From Monocercomonoides exilis PA203 (taxonomy: Eukaryota; Protista; Preaxostyla), in contig LSRY02000014.1 of assembly GCA_001643675.2 (NCBI GenBank), positions 558,001 to 622,000 of the forward strand: a stretch of DNA of 64,000 nucleotides, in the 5' to 3' direction. Position numbers and translations under genes: made by a program. Below are positions 39,624 through 52,109 of this stretch, in pieces (position 1 is the stretch's first letter; each line of letters opens with the position of its first letter). Under the pieces are notes generated by a model. It made no database searches and was not told the origin of the DNA. It saw nothing but the letters and a program-made list of their open reading frames with translations.

Positions 39624-42600
39624 AAATGTTATAAGGGAAACAATTTTTTTATGCCATGTGCATAAAAAGCTTGAAAGAACATATTTTCCCACATATAAAT
39701 TAAAATTTGTTCTGAATAAAGAAAAAATGAAGAAGATACTTATAGCAAAATAATCATATCGCACCATTTCATTATTTCATTTATTATATGGGTGATTTTT
39801 TTTGACATCATAAAAAAAGATCAAAAATCGAAAAAATAAATTCTATTGTGGTATTTAATGATCAAAGAATATAAATGATTTTTTGCAAGTATTAAGCTTT
39901 TATTTCTGTAATATGTATTTGTTTTATTATTATATGCAAAAAAACATACCTTTTTAATGTTTTTGATGAAAAAGAATTTTTGATCAAGTTTTATAAAAAA
40001 ATTGAAAAATCAATCTTTAAAAGGAAAATCGATATTTCTAAACTGGAAAAACAATACTAATTTATGAAAAACACAATTAAAAAAATATCGAATAATATTA
40101 TTATACAAATAGAAAATCATAACTTTTAAAGAATAAAAACAATTGGTTTTCTTTTCATTTTTTTTCTTTTACTGAGACAGCTTCTCCAAATCTCAGTTCC
40201 TACTGTGCGGCTCGACAGTATCATCAAACTAATTATTAAATGTTGGAGAATTTTCAATTTATAAATAAAACAGAATCGATCTTGATTTCTCCCGTTATTC
40301 TTCACATAAAATGCTTTTCCAGCTTCCTTCTCTTTTCCAAAAATTTTTTTCTCTCCATTTTTTCCTCTCCTCATGTTCCTTCCAAGTGTTATTAATTCAA
40401 AACTTTTCATTTCTTCAAAATTTCTTCATCTAATTTTTCTTCATCGAATGAAAACAAAGCTCATGAAAAAAGATTCATTGTTGTTGTATCTTCAAAAAGA
40501 ATATATTCATACATATCTAGTAATTTTCTTCAGATTATATTTTCTTCACCTTTCCGATTTCAACTTGCTTGTATCCAATTAGCGCTAGAGGCTCATATTA
40601 TTTCTCTTCACTTAAGTCTTTTTCTCAAAATAGCTTTTCTCACTCATCGTTTCATTTCCAACAATTTACTGTGACTTCGTAGCTGTGTAACCTGCCGAAG
40701 TCTATTTAGGAACCCAGCCATTCCAAACAAAAAAAGCTTCAATGCCCTTTCCTTTTCACTTCGAATGCTTCAGCCTCCAAATGAAAAAGTCAGAATTGAT
40801 TTAGTTGTTGATAACTTGCAGACTTTTCTTTGCTTTGTGGAGAATCGTTTCAGTTGACATATAACTTAAGCTGATGTATCATCGAGAATATGTATTTCTT
40901 TGTTTCTTTCCAAGTTGCAACGAAAGATGAGGTCTGACGATGAATTCGAGGGGAGTTGAATGAAAGAAAAGAAGAAGAAGAAGTTAAGGCAGGAAGTGAT
41001 AGCGGAAGCAGGCTCGAAATAGCTGAATTTGTAGAAGATGATTGAACAGCTTGAGATAAAAGAGAAGGAGAAGATTGTTATTGGATGTTCATGAACAAGG
41101 ACAAATTGACAAGCGAAGTGATGCAACGAAAAAGAGGATGAAGAGCAATGTTTGTATTTACAGCAAGATCAGCAGCTGAATCAAAAGGCGCTACCAAATT
41201 GAGTGAAGGATATTTCTTCATCGAATCCGTCGCAGTTGAATTCTGCAAAGCGGAAAAAGATACCAATTTTGAGAACGACAGCGCATCTCTTCTCCCAGGC
41301 ACGTTGTTCTAACTGAATGTTCTTATCCCTTTCTCCTTTTGAAACATCAGAGGTGATCTTTCCCTGCTCCTTTCCTTCCCTTCCTGTGTGTCGCTTCTGC
41401 TTCCTCTTTGAATAGCCAATAGCCCCTCCACTTCATCCCCCTTCCTCTTCGCAACTCCGCTCTGCTCTGCCTCTGCCCGCTCATTAGCGCACTCATCAGA
41501 TCCAACCGCGTTCTGATCTGCATCACTTCAACTGCTGCATGCACAGACACTTCCTGTAACTTCCACGCAAATTGCCTGTTTTCCTCGCTTTTGACACGCA
41601 CATAACGGCAGGGCACATCCGGTTCATCGCTCAAATCTTCCAGGTCAGAATTAGCGAGGTCATTCAGCATGCAGTCCAATTTCAGCTCTCTTGTCAAAAT
41701 TGGCGTTTGGCTTTCTTTCGTCTCTTGTTACTCCTCGCTTGCCACATTATTCTCTTTCTGGTTGGTTGGCGTGCCTGTCTCAAGGTGCATCTGCAGTATT
41801 CCTTGGATGCTGCAAACGGATTCATGTCTTTTTCTTCTTTTTCCTTCTTCTTCTTCTGTATATCCTGCAGTTTCATCAGCAGAAGTAGTTTTTATCTCTG
41901 ATCATCAGATTCCAATGAATTGAACGTGATCTTCGCCTCTTCATCGTCCACCTTCCCTTTCTCATTCTGAAACTCATCTTGTATCGCCCTTGTTTCTTCT
42001 CTGTTGAAATTCTTCATCCATACAACACTCAACATCACCGCTCCTCCTCCAACAACAACAACTGTTGATGGAAGCGTTTTTTGTGCACCAACAGCCCCTC
42101 TCCCCATCTCCATCTCTTGGCTGTACGCAATCAACGCTCTCCCTCCGACTCCTCTTCATCCACCGTCCATTCGCTTCCCTCGCGTAAAGTGTATTGTTCC
42201 AAATCACCTCCTCCGGAAGAATATTGTTTAGGCTGTGGAGAATGTGATAGCGTTGGAGACGGAATTGTTGTTCTGTTACTGCTGCTGCTTCTGTTTTTGC
42301 TTGGATTGTTATGAAAGAGGCTCTGGTTTTGGCTCATCTGAATGCGTTTCGTCTTTTTTGCCGTTTCTTATTGATTCTTTTGCGTTTGTATTCTTTTCTG
42401 CTTCTTTTTTATTGTCTTTGCTTTTCAAGCAACTTCTTTGCGGTTGTTCATTGAATCCTCCAAAATCACTTCTTGATCCTCTTCTTTTCAGTCATCTTCA
42501 TCGCCTTCAACTTCTTCCTATTCTCCAGATTCTCCGCATACCGCTCCACCATCCAAAACTCTGCAAACAGCGGCAGCGCCTCAAACACATCTGGTGGGAA

Positions 42601-45600
42601 AACAAAATATTGTCTTTTCCTTCTTCTTCCGAACTGCAATCTCATCCTCCTCATCTGCTGCTCTTCTCCTGTCAGAAATCTGTTTCAAGAAGAGCGAAGC
42701 AATGAGGAAGAAGAGGAAGAGGAAGAAGAACGTGAAGCACCAGAAGCAGCAGCCACTTGTGCACAGCGGTTGAGATGGCGTCGGCGGAGGAGAGGATGCA
42801 TTGCTCTCATGCGGCGAGCCATAGCAATTTCAGAACGATGAGGTGGTTTTGGATGGAGAGAAAGGTCAGTTTCTTCCGGAGAAGATGAGGAAGATGAATA
42901 TGAGGAGAACAATGAGATAGACGGTTTGCGTGTGGATAACGCAATCTTTCTAACATTTTTTTACCACTTAGGTGACCAGAATATGAGCGATCAGATGAAA
43001 GAGAATGAAGGCTATCCTGCAAAAAGAATCTTTGAGGAAGGAGAGACGGAAAATTGATAATTCAGTAATTCCGGTAAGTTACTCCTATTGTCATGCTAAA
43101 AATGTGAAGAGGAGGATGTATTTCCAGATACTTGCCTGATGCAAACGACGGTATTAGCAGAAGACGAAACGATGAGCTTGGACAAAGAAATAAATAATGC
43201 TATTGAAGAGGCAGCAGACGATGCAGTTGACAGAACATGCGAAGAGAGGAGCTGCACATTTCCCGATAATGAGTGGTTGAAGGAGAACACAAAACTTTTT
43301 TTTTCCAACTCTCGCTCACTCCCCCTCTGCTGCCACTTCCTCATTTGTCTCTCTTCTTTGCAATTGAGTGCATGATATCTCTGTTTCACTTCCGCTCAGA
43401 CGACATCGAAGACAATAGGCAGTCACGTGAAGTTACCACAGGATAATCAGTCCTTGTCATTACATCGCCTTTTATTAATTATTCTTTTCCTCCTGTAAAA
43501 CTCTCAAACGTCTTTGCCTTCAATAAGGAAGATGAGGAAGATGAATAACTCAATAAGGTTTCTCCGTATATCTCCAAAGGCGAGAATCTTCTTTTGTCAT
43601 TCTCATTTCCTATTCTATTGAAGCCTCCATCTTTCTCTCCTTCTCTCTTTCTCCTTCTTTCTCTAAATAACCTCCATATCATTAACGAATATCTCGTACG
43701 GGAACAATAATTTATTCATCGTCTCATCTGAAACTTTCACAGGAGATTGCAGTTATGCAACGCAAATTTCCCCGTTTCCCTGTATGTGGTTTTTTTATAA
43801 ATGAGTTCCCATATTTGCATCTAACACGCTCCATATGAGGAATTGTCGACTTATAATGCAAGACAAGAAGAGCAGTAGCATTGCCTCTCATCCAACACAA
43901 ACATCTATTGATGCTTCAAAGTGGATAATCGTTTGTTCCTCCAGAAGAAGAATTGGTAGCTCCACTTAAGTTAATGTTGACTTCTGCAGGTTACACACAT
44001 AAAGGGGCAAATCTCAAATTTGAAGAACACAAGCCCAGCAGCGGTAGTGCAAAGTTTGGAAAGACAGAAAGAGACAACTTTATTTATTTAGGAGCAAGTA
44101 ACAGACGTGAAAGCGATTTATTACGATGGACAGAATAGAGCGATCTGTTTATTGATATCCCTTCAGTATGAGGAGGACATCAAAGAAGAAAAAGAACATT
44201 TCGATGAGTTGGAAGATGTTGAAGATTCGTTAAAGTCTGTGCTGTGTGAGCATTTTACAGCTTTGGTTGTTGTTGAGATGAAGTTCATGAAAGTGATGCC
44301 ATTAAAAGACATTGTAATATGCAAGAGAGCATTTAGTGGGAGCTAATACGAAGTATCAATACAAAATGGAACTGTTGAGAGGAAGAGGAGAAGGAGATCC
44401 GAAGGTTCATGGAGAAGAAATATTCTCAAAATATAATTGGCGGTGAAGCAGAAGAGGAGGTATTTTGTTAGAAATATGAAAGGATGTTTGCTGAATATGA
44501 AGGGCGCTCAATTGACTCAATCATGGAAGCATCAAAGCGGTTTGCGGATGACTGATCTCAGAAAGGAGAAGAAGAACAAGGCGATGATGATGATGAGAGT
44601 TAATTTCGAGTAGCTTAGGAGGAGATGAAGCCAGTGCGCGCGCGGAGGACGCAGTCAGCTGTGTCACTGAAATAGCAGTGGTAGCAGATAGGGTGGAGGG
44701 ATAACTCCTTGTTCAGTCTTTTTTATCTGTTCTGTTTCCAATGGCAATAAAAACGCTGGAAAGAGCATATGGAATAGACACATCACCCAAACTTAAAAGA
44801 AAAGGTTGAATGAAATAAAAACATGAAAAGGGATGGTTCATATTTTTTTGTATTAATTGATTGAATAAATTATAAATTAGAGTTTGAATAAGTTAAAAAA
44901 AGAAAAATAAGAAATATGATTAAAACAATTGTAACAATTATCGAAAAATAGTGCAAACCTTTTAAAATGAAAAATTGCTCTTTCATCACTTCTTTCACGA
45001 AACTTTTTGGTTGTTGATTGAGTGAGTCCAGACAGCTGGAAATATCAAGCGCATCAATGATTTCAATGCAGATACAGTTCAGACAGGCAATTCGATGCAT
45101 GTTGCCAACGTACAAATTCATAAAATGGCCGTTGCGATCAACTCACGAGAAAAAGAGGAAGTTCATAATGAATAATGAAAAAAAAGTTCTAAAAATTACA
45201 AAAATGAAAAATATATATATATATTTAAAAATAAATACACAAAAATTATTTGTAATGATTAAAAGAAAATTTAAACACACCACATTGCTTCAAATCTTCA
45301 CCATTGCATAAGTCGATTTGTTTGAAATTTTTTTCTTTTCTTTAATCAAGCTCAAAATATTTTGCCTTCTTCTTTTCTGCTTTCCTGACCTCCCTCTCCT
45401 TCGAGAATCCAGGTAATCTTGAATGAAAAAACTGAAATTTACAGAAAATAGCTGTATTCACTTGCTGGTCCACAAAGTTTGCTGTTCTGGGCGCATCAAG
45501 CTTCGCCTCTTCAAATACCTCCTCTTCAAGTGACATGCACTGCGCATGCTCCACAATCACAATCTCATTCGGCCGGATGATCTTCTCCTTCTCCAGTGCA

Positions 45601-46246
45601 TCTGCCACACACGATGTCAATTTGAACATGTCCAAAGTTGTCATGTTAAGCCCTTGGATGAAACCATTGCCTCCTCTTTTTTCACTGCTTACACCACACT
45701 AATCTGAATCAGCAATGTGTTACATCCAAAATATGACCCCATAAAGCTGCCGCACCCTCTTCCATTGTATTTGTACAGGATGTGCGGAAAGAAGAACTTG
45801 CGAAAGAATTATACAGTAAGATGCGTCCGAAAAAGCGTGTCGTTCGTCTCTCGCTTTTCATCCACTAATATTCGTTAATATTCGCTTCAGAGTTTGTGTT
45901 CAACACATAGAACAAATTGCTATATGTACCCTGTGCAGCATACGAAATTAACAGTAAGCATTTGACGTTAACGAGTTGAATCACAAAAAAATACTCATTA
46001 AAAAAAGAATCGCTTTCAGATAAATTTCTGAATGTGGATTTTATATTTTATCATTTTAATTGATATTCCATTCGCGGGCTGACACATTTTTGATGCAAAT
46101 TATCGCGCTGATTGCTATTATTGTCGCTTTTATAATTGTCATAAAATAAGAATATGGTTTTTCATTTCATAAAATGCATTGTTCTTTAATCATAATAAAT
46201 AATATAAAATATATACACATATATTTTTAAGACTCAATAAAATACA

Positions 46247-46684
46247 AAAACCAAGAAAAACATTGCATTTTCATGAAAATATGTCAAATTGAACATCTCG
46301 ATCACAAAAGTGGTCACTAATTTTTCTTCAGATTTTGCAACAAACAGACATAAAAAGATGTGGGGAAGCGGTTTGTGCGGAAATCTGAGAAAAAATTAGT
46401 GACCACTTTTGTGATCGCCAGTCATTTCAATTTTCAGTTTTATAATAGTTCCGATCGTTCAACGGATCAAATCTGATGAGAACCTTAATAAAAGTGTTTT
46501 TCTAAATGACTGGCGATCACAAAAGTGGTCACTAATTTTTTCTCAGATTTCCGCACAAACCGCTTCCCCACATCTTTTTATGTCTGTTTGTTGCAAAATC
46601 TGAAGAAAAATTAGTGACCACTTTTGTGATCGAGATGTTCAATTTGACATATTTTCATGAAAATGCAATGTTTTTCTTGGTTTT
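46247..46684. repeat. Internal palindrome of left TIR of E (181-bp arms, 76-bp loop), each arm itself a hairpin
   Basis: Arms 46247-46427 and 46504-46684. The motif CGATCACAAAAGTGGTCACTAATTTTT occurs as an inverted pair in each arm. Confidence 0.93.
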
Positions 46685-46945
46685 ATTCCTTATTAATATA
46701 TTTTCATATATATATACGTTTATGATTTGTTGTTATTATGTTATTAACATTTGTTTAAATGAGAAACATTTATGCGTTGATTTTTGTTTGAAGACAAAAA
46801 ATTGTGATATCAGTTTCCAATATCAATTCATCATTTTGATAAAATTAAATTACATAAATATTTATTTTTTGTGTGAAACATAGTGTTTTTCACCGAAAAA
46901 GAAATGTGACTTTTATTCCATAATAAATTCAGAAAAATAAAAACA

Positions 46946-49900
46946 ATGAATATTTCCAAACCTCAATCGACTCTTTATTCTCGATGCAAAGTTATTTGGA
47001 ATGAAATAAAGCGCATCGGCGGAGATGACGTGGATTCATTGCTTGACTATCTTTTATACAACTACAGGCAATCATCTTCTGTTATTAACGATTTGCTGAA
47101 GTCTTTGAATGGTTTGATTTTTATTTTTTGAATTTTTATATAGAAAAATTTATGAACTGTCATCCTTGTCATTTTCTTATTTTTTTGTTTATTATTTATT
47201 TTTTTGAAACAGAATATCACATTGAGCTGCTGGAAGACCTGTCTGTGGTGTACAACAACGCACCGTTGCACACTCAGACAACAATGCTGCAAGCGCTTTC
47301 CCGCAACACATCATTATCCGATTTACAGGACTATGGTTATGATGTCACAGAGGGAAAATTTATTTACGCGAAGCAAACGCTGAAGAAGAACCAAGGATTT
47401 ATTGTCCCTCCTCAAAAACCTCATCTTCCGTCTTGCAAAAGTGGTTTGAATTTATTCAAATTATTTTTGAATTATTTTCTATGTTTATTTTAGGCTTAAA
47501 TGAACAGGACTGGGAAAAGGGCAACAACTGGATGTTAGCCCATTCCACTGAAGCCTCAACTTCTCTTCAATCTGCAAAGAAAAAGCAGCGAGCTGAGCCA
47601 GATTACGCAAGATTTATAGACGAAGCAGCGTGGGAAGATGAAATTATCACAGAAAACTCTTCTTCAAAAAGAAAACAATCTTCTTCATCTTCTTCAACAT
47701 CATTTCAACAAAATAATAATTCAAGTGTTATTTCAAAAAATAAATCTTCTTCATCAAATTCTTCACCGTCGAAAGCTGTTGATGCTCCAATAAGCACTCC
47801 AATAAGGAGAGAAAGGTGTTCAACAAAAAGAAAAACAAACAAATCACATCATGAACGTCGTTCGTCTCCTTCTCCAATTCCAATTCACAAATTCTTCAAA
47901 ACAAAAAAACCATCAACATCTTCTTCTTCTCCTCCTCCTCCTCCTCCATCTTCTTCTTCTTCACCTTTTTCTTCACCTTTTTCTTCACCTTTTTCTTCAC
48001 CTACTTTTTCATCTTCTTTTTCATCTTCTTTTTCATCTTCCTCTTCTTCCTCTTCCTCTTCCTCCTCTTCTTCCTCTTCATCCAAAAAGCATCAAAAAGA
48101 AACAACAAACACTTCTTCCTTCAGCAACAATGATGTATGGGTTAGTAATCAATTGCTTGAATATGTCACTTCTCCCACTCTTGTTCCTCCACAGGCATTT
48201 CAAGATCTTCTATCTTCATTTGCAAAAGACAGCATCACTTCTGCATCTCAACACAAAACCCGCGAAGACAATAGAATTTGTTCAACTCATGAAAATTCTT
48301 CGCGTATCATGAACAACAGAAACACAATGGATATTTATTCTTCAGCTTGTTCTCCTTATCCATCAATTTCTTCATGCGTCAAAACCACTGCTATCACCTC
48401 ATCAAAAACTCAGAAAGGATTAAAAAATCTTGGAAACACTTGCTATCTTTCCTCTCTTCTTCAATGCATGTCTTCAATCACTTCACAAAATCAATCAATA
48501 ATTAAAACCACATCATTAAAAAACAATTTATCTTCTCGAGCATTGAGTGTTTGTCAACAACTAACCAAAGATGGAATGGCGGTGCGTTCGTGGGTCCCAT
48601 CACTGATCAACAAATGGGAAGACTTTTGTGGATATGGAAGCAGACAGCAACAAAATGTGACCGAGGCGTTTGACAATCTTCATCAACTTCTTCAAAAAGA
48701 TGAGTTAATAAAAAAAGACAGCTTCAACCCTGTTTTGATCACTCATTTGAAATGCCAACAATGCCAAAAAGTTTCAAATCGTTTCAATGAAATTGTCAAC
48801 AATGTAGTTATTAATTCATCTTCTCCTCATAAAGGTCTATCTTCTCTCTTTTCTACTGAGATATTGAACGGAAAAAATGCTGTCTATTGCAACAATTGCA
48901 AAGAGAAATGCTGTGCTGCTCGATGGGAGGAAATGACTGCATTTCCAGAGGTGCTAGCCCTCTGTCACGAATGCACTGACAATGCTAGTTCTGCACCTTC
49001 AAGAACATTTCAAATAGAAACTGACAGAGTTAATCAACGCACGTTTTGTAAAGGGTTTTCAGAAGAAAATATTAAACATCTTCAAAAAGATAATCAGGAA
49101 ACGATCATCTACCATCTTATTGGACAAATTCTTTTCAAGAGTCTGGATCTCCAAAATGGACACTACATCGCTGTGATCAAAAGAAAGAGTGGAAACAACT
49201 GCAGATGGAATATCTGTAATGACGCTGATGTTACAGAACTGAACATAGAAAATTGGACAAAGGCATGGAAGGAACTTTATGCTCAGGGTTTCACTCCGTC
49301 ACTCTCATTCTACATCAAAGAAAAAACAAAACCAACATTTTCGACAATTCAATTCGGTGGTTCCTCTTTTTCATCTTCTTCAGAAACCAATAATAATAAC
49401 ACTTCAAATAACTCATCATCATCATCGTCTTCGTCGTTGTCATCATCATCATCATTCATCACTCCTCTTCATCCTACAACTTCCATTCCACAACTACCAT
49501 CATCAATTCCATCTTCTTATGGATTGGAAGCTTTGAAAGAAAAAAGAAAGAAAACGGGCATTTTTTCTCCCAATGAAAAGAGATTAATCTTCAAGCCCAA
49601 GACGAAATTGTGGAAAGAGTTTTCAGAAGAAACAAACATCAAAGTTTCTCTTTCCCATTTCTACAAGCTGACAACAAACTTCTCGAAAGCGAAAAGGCGT
49701 ACTGATCTTTGTGGAATGTGTGAGAAGTTGAGCTATTTGGAGAACAAACTCAAATCTTCTCAAAACAAAAATGGACTTTCTTCTGCAGAGTTTCATACAC
49801 TCAAACTTCTTCGACAACATCGACTTGTTGCAGAAATGCAACGCAAACACTATCAATCAACTGTTAATGATCTCAAAGAGGGAGAAGCAGTCTTCGTCTT

Positions 49901-50819
49901 CGACTTTAAAGAGAAATGGAAACTCCCCATCAGAAAAAATCAACTGCAACAGGAATTCTTCAACTATCAACAGGTTTCTCAATTCACAATCATCTCTCTT
50001 CAAAAAATAAATAATCAACAAATAAAAAGAACATTCAACTTCTTCTCCGACTGCCTTTCAAATGATCACAGATTTGTTATTGAGTGTCTGGAATCTGTGA
50101 TCAAAAGACACTTCTTCTCAGACACTCACACTTTTAAGTTCTTCTGCGATTCTGGTTTACACAACCGAAATCGCTTCCTTCTTCACTTCATCCTCTCAAA
50201 ACAATCAAAACTTCTCAAAAAGAAAAATACTCAACTCAACTTCTTCGCTGAGCATCATGGAAAAAATATCTGTGATAGTGAATTTGGTGCGTTAGTGAAT
50301 GCAATCGACAACAATCTTTCGACTGAACACATCACCACACTTCATGATTTGATCAACTTCTTCGAAAACAATATGAACACTTCGACATCAGCTTCTTCAA
50401 CTTCACAATCAAACATTTTCCCAACATCATCATCAAACTCTTCACCATCTTCAACATCTGTCAATAGCTTTGAACATGAGAGGTACTTTGAAGAATATGT
50501 ACCATCTCAACAAATCTCATGGCCATCATTGTCAGTTCCACACATGAAGGATTATTTGTATTTTGAGCGCAAGGGCTCATTTGTCTGTGCTTCAGCTGTT
50601 GGATATCTTCCTCAACGCTCTCTGGTTGCCCTCGAATCATCAACAATGAAAGAAAAAGTCCAAAGATCAAGAAAGTCATTTCACTCTGATATCACATCAT
50701 CAAACTCTTCTCTTCTTTCTCAATCTTCTCAAGATCTTCTTTCAAGGAGATTTGAGCTTCTTCTTGACTCTTCATCTTTAAATGAATCTCAAAATTGTTT
50801 TAATGGTGTCCCTTTTTAA
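46946..50819 (+). CDS. DDD-type transposase (Sola2-like motifs) with embedded USP/peptidase C19 deubiquitinase domain, ~1240 aa, 3 exons
   Basis: Exons 46946-47111, 47213-47443, 47494-50819 join in frame. USP: GLKNLGNTCYLSSLLQCM, QQQNVTEAF, CQQC/CNNC, NGHYIA, WNICND. Transposase: VSLSHFYKL..TDLCGMC, VFDFKE, FFSDCLSND, FFCDSG, FFAEHHGKNICDSEFG. Confidence 0.85.
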
Positions 50820-50828
50820 GAAACTAGT

Positions 50829-50956
50829 TGTTGTGTATGCTTAGCTGGCGCTCTATCGGAAGGGTGCTGGACATGACTGTTCGTATTAGATATTGCAGCC
50901 TTCGGGCTGCAATATCCGGACCTGGATACGACGAACAGCCTCCCAGGTGCACAACA
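50829..50956. ncRNA. Candidate structured RNA (cUUCGg hairpin, multibranch, possible pseudoknot) just after the transposase stop
   Basis: Perfect 12-bp stem GATATTGCAGCC-TTCG-GGCTGCAATATC plus three more stems and a crossing helix. GC-rich island in AT-rich surroundings. Confidence 0.5.
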
Positions 50957-51715
50957 GTTAGAATCCGATTGGTTTCTTGTGCTTTTTGTCCCTATAATGT
51001 CCCTATTATTAAATTGGTTATTGTCCCTATTATATTTGTATTTATCGAGATTCATTAATAGAGAGAGTTGTGAGGAAATTCATTGATCTTTGAGTGAGGT
51101 TTTTGGAAGAGAGAGTTGTTGAGAGTGTGAAGTGATGTTTAATCATTGTGTCTGTCTTTTTTCTTTGTTGGATTTGATCTTTTAGAGTCAAAGTGAGAGA
51201 AATATCAGAAAGGGGAGAGTGGATGGAAAACAAAGGGAAAATAGACAAGTTAGTTTTTGAACTTTTTATATAAGTTTTCTTTTTTGTTAGGAATTGTCTT
51301 TGATACCATGAATTTGTTGAAATAGTACTATTTCTTCTAATATTTTTCATTGTTCAAAATTGTTGATATTTAGTTGACATTTGGAGATAGTTTTATGATA
51401 AAGTGATAGAATTATGTTTTTTTGAAAGTTATTGAATCTGAATTGAAAATTTCTGACTGTTTTCAATTTTTAAAATGATTAATATCATGAATTTCTTTTT
51501 GTTTATTTATGTCATTTTGATTGCAAAACGATTGCTATTTTTTAACGAATATTTTTTCACTTATCTTTGTTATTTTTCCACTTGATCACGAAAAAGTTTA
51601 TCAATGCACATGCCATACACTTATATAAATATCTATAAAATTAATTTTTCAAAAAAATCGATAATGTTGCAAAATAAACTTCAAAAATATCACATTAGAC
51701 AACAAAAAGCAAATA

Positions 51716-52109
51716 TTTCATGAAAATATGTCAAATTGAACATCTCGATCACAAAAGTGGTCACTAATTTTTCTTCAGATTTTGCAACAAACAGACATAA
51801 AAAGATGTGGGGAAGCGGTTTGTGCGGAAATCTGAGAAAAAATTAGTGACCACTTTTGTGATCGCCAGTCATTTAGAAAAACACTTTTATTAAGGTTCTC
51901 ATCAGATTTGATCCGTTGAACGATCGGAACTATTATAAAACTGAAAATTGAAATGACTGGCGATCACAAAAGTGGTCACTAATTTTTTCTCAGATTTCCG
52001 CACAAACCGCTTCCCCACATCTTTTTATGTCTGTTTGTTGCAAAATCTGAAGAAAAATTAGTGACCACTTTTGTGATCGAGATGTTCAATTTGACATATT
52101 TTCATGAAA
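51716..52109. repeat. Internal palindrome of right TIR of E
   Basis: Mirror image of the left structure, with the same 76-bp loop in reverse orientation and four copies of the 27-bp motif. Confidence 0.9.

Larger units (their letters stand above)
37031..39693. mobile_element. Second, inverted copy of MITE C ('C2'), interrupted by B2
   Basis: 37031-37238 and 39624-39693 are reverse-complement matches to 29139-29409 (e.g. AGATTACAAAATA.ATTTGATTTTCATATC; CTTTCAAGCTTTTTATGCAC). Confidence 0.65.

Noticed and set aside
46473-46510. CTGATGAG in the TIR loop, resembling a hammerhead core
   Set aside because: No GAAA after the putative stem II and no convincing stems I and III.
46299-46632. 27-bp repeats as a CRISPR-like array
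   Set aside because: Repeats alternate in orientation, spacers are duplicated, no cas genes are present and the context is eukaryotic.
50875-50950. HDV-like ribozyme on the minus strand (P1, P2, P4 and a CTAA junction appear in the right order)
   Set aside because: Only ~5 nt lie between P2 and P1', leaving no room for P3/L3 or P1.1. Kept only as an unclassified structure.
50816-51350. Convergent short ORFs as a second gene of element E
   Set aside because: Short, low-complexity and without homology I can recognise; the GC-rich part is better explained by RNA structure.
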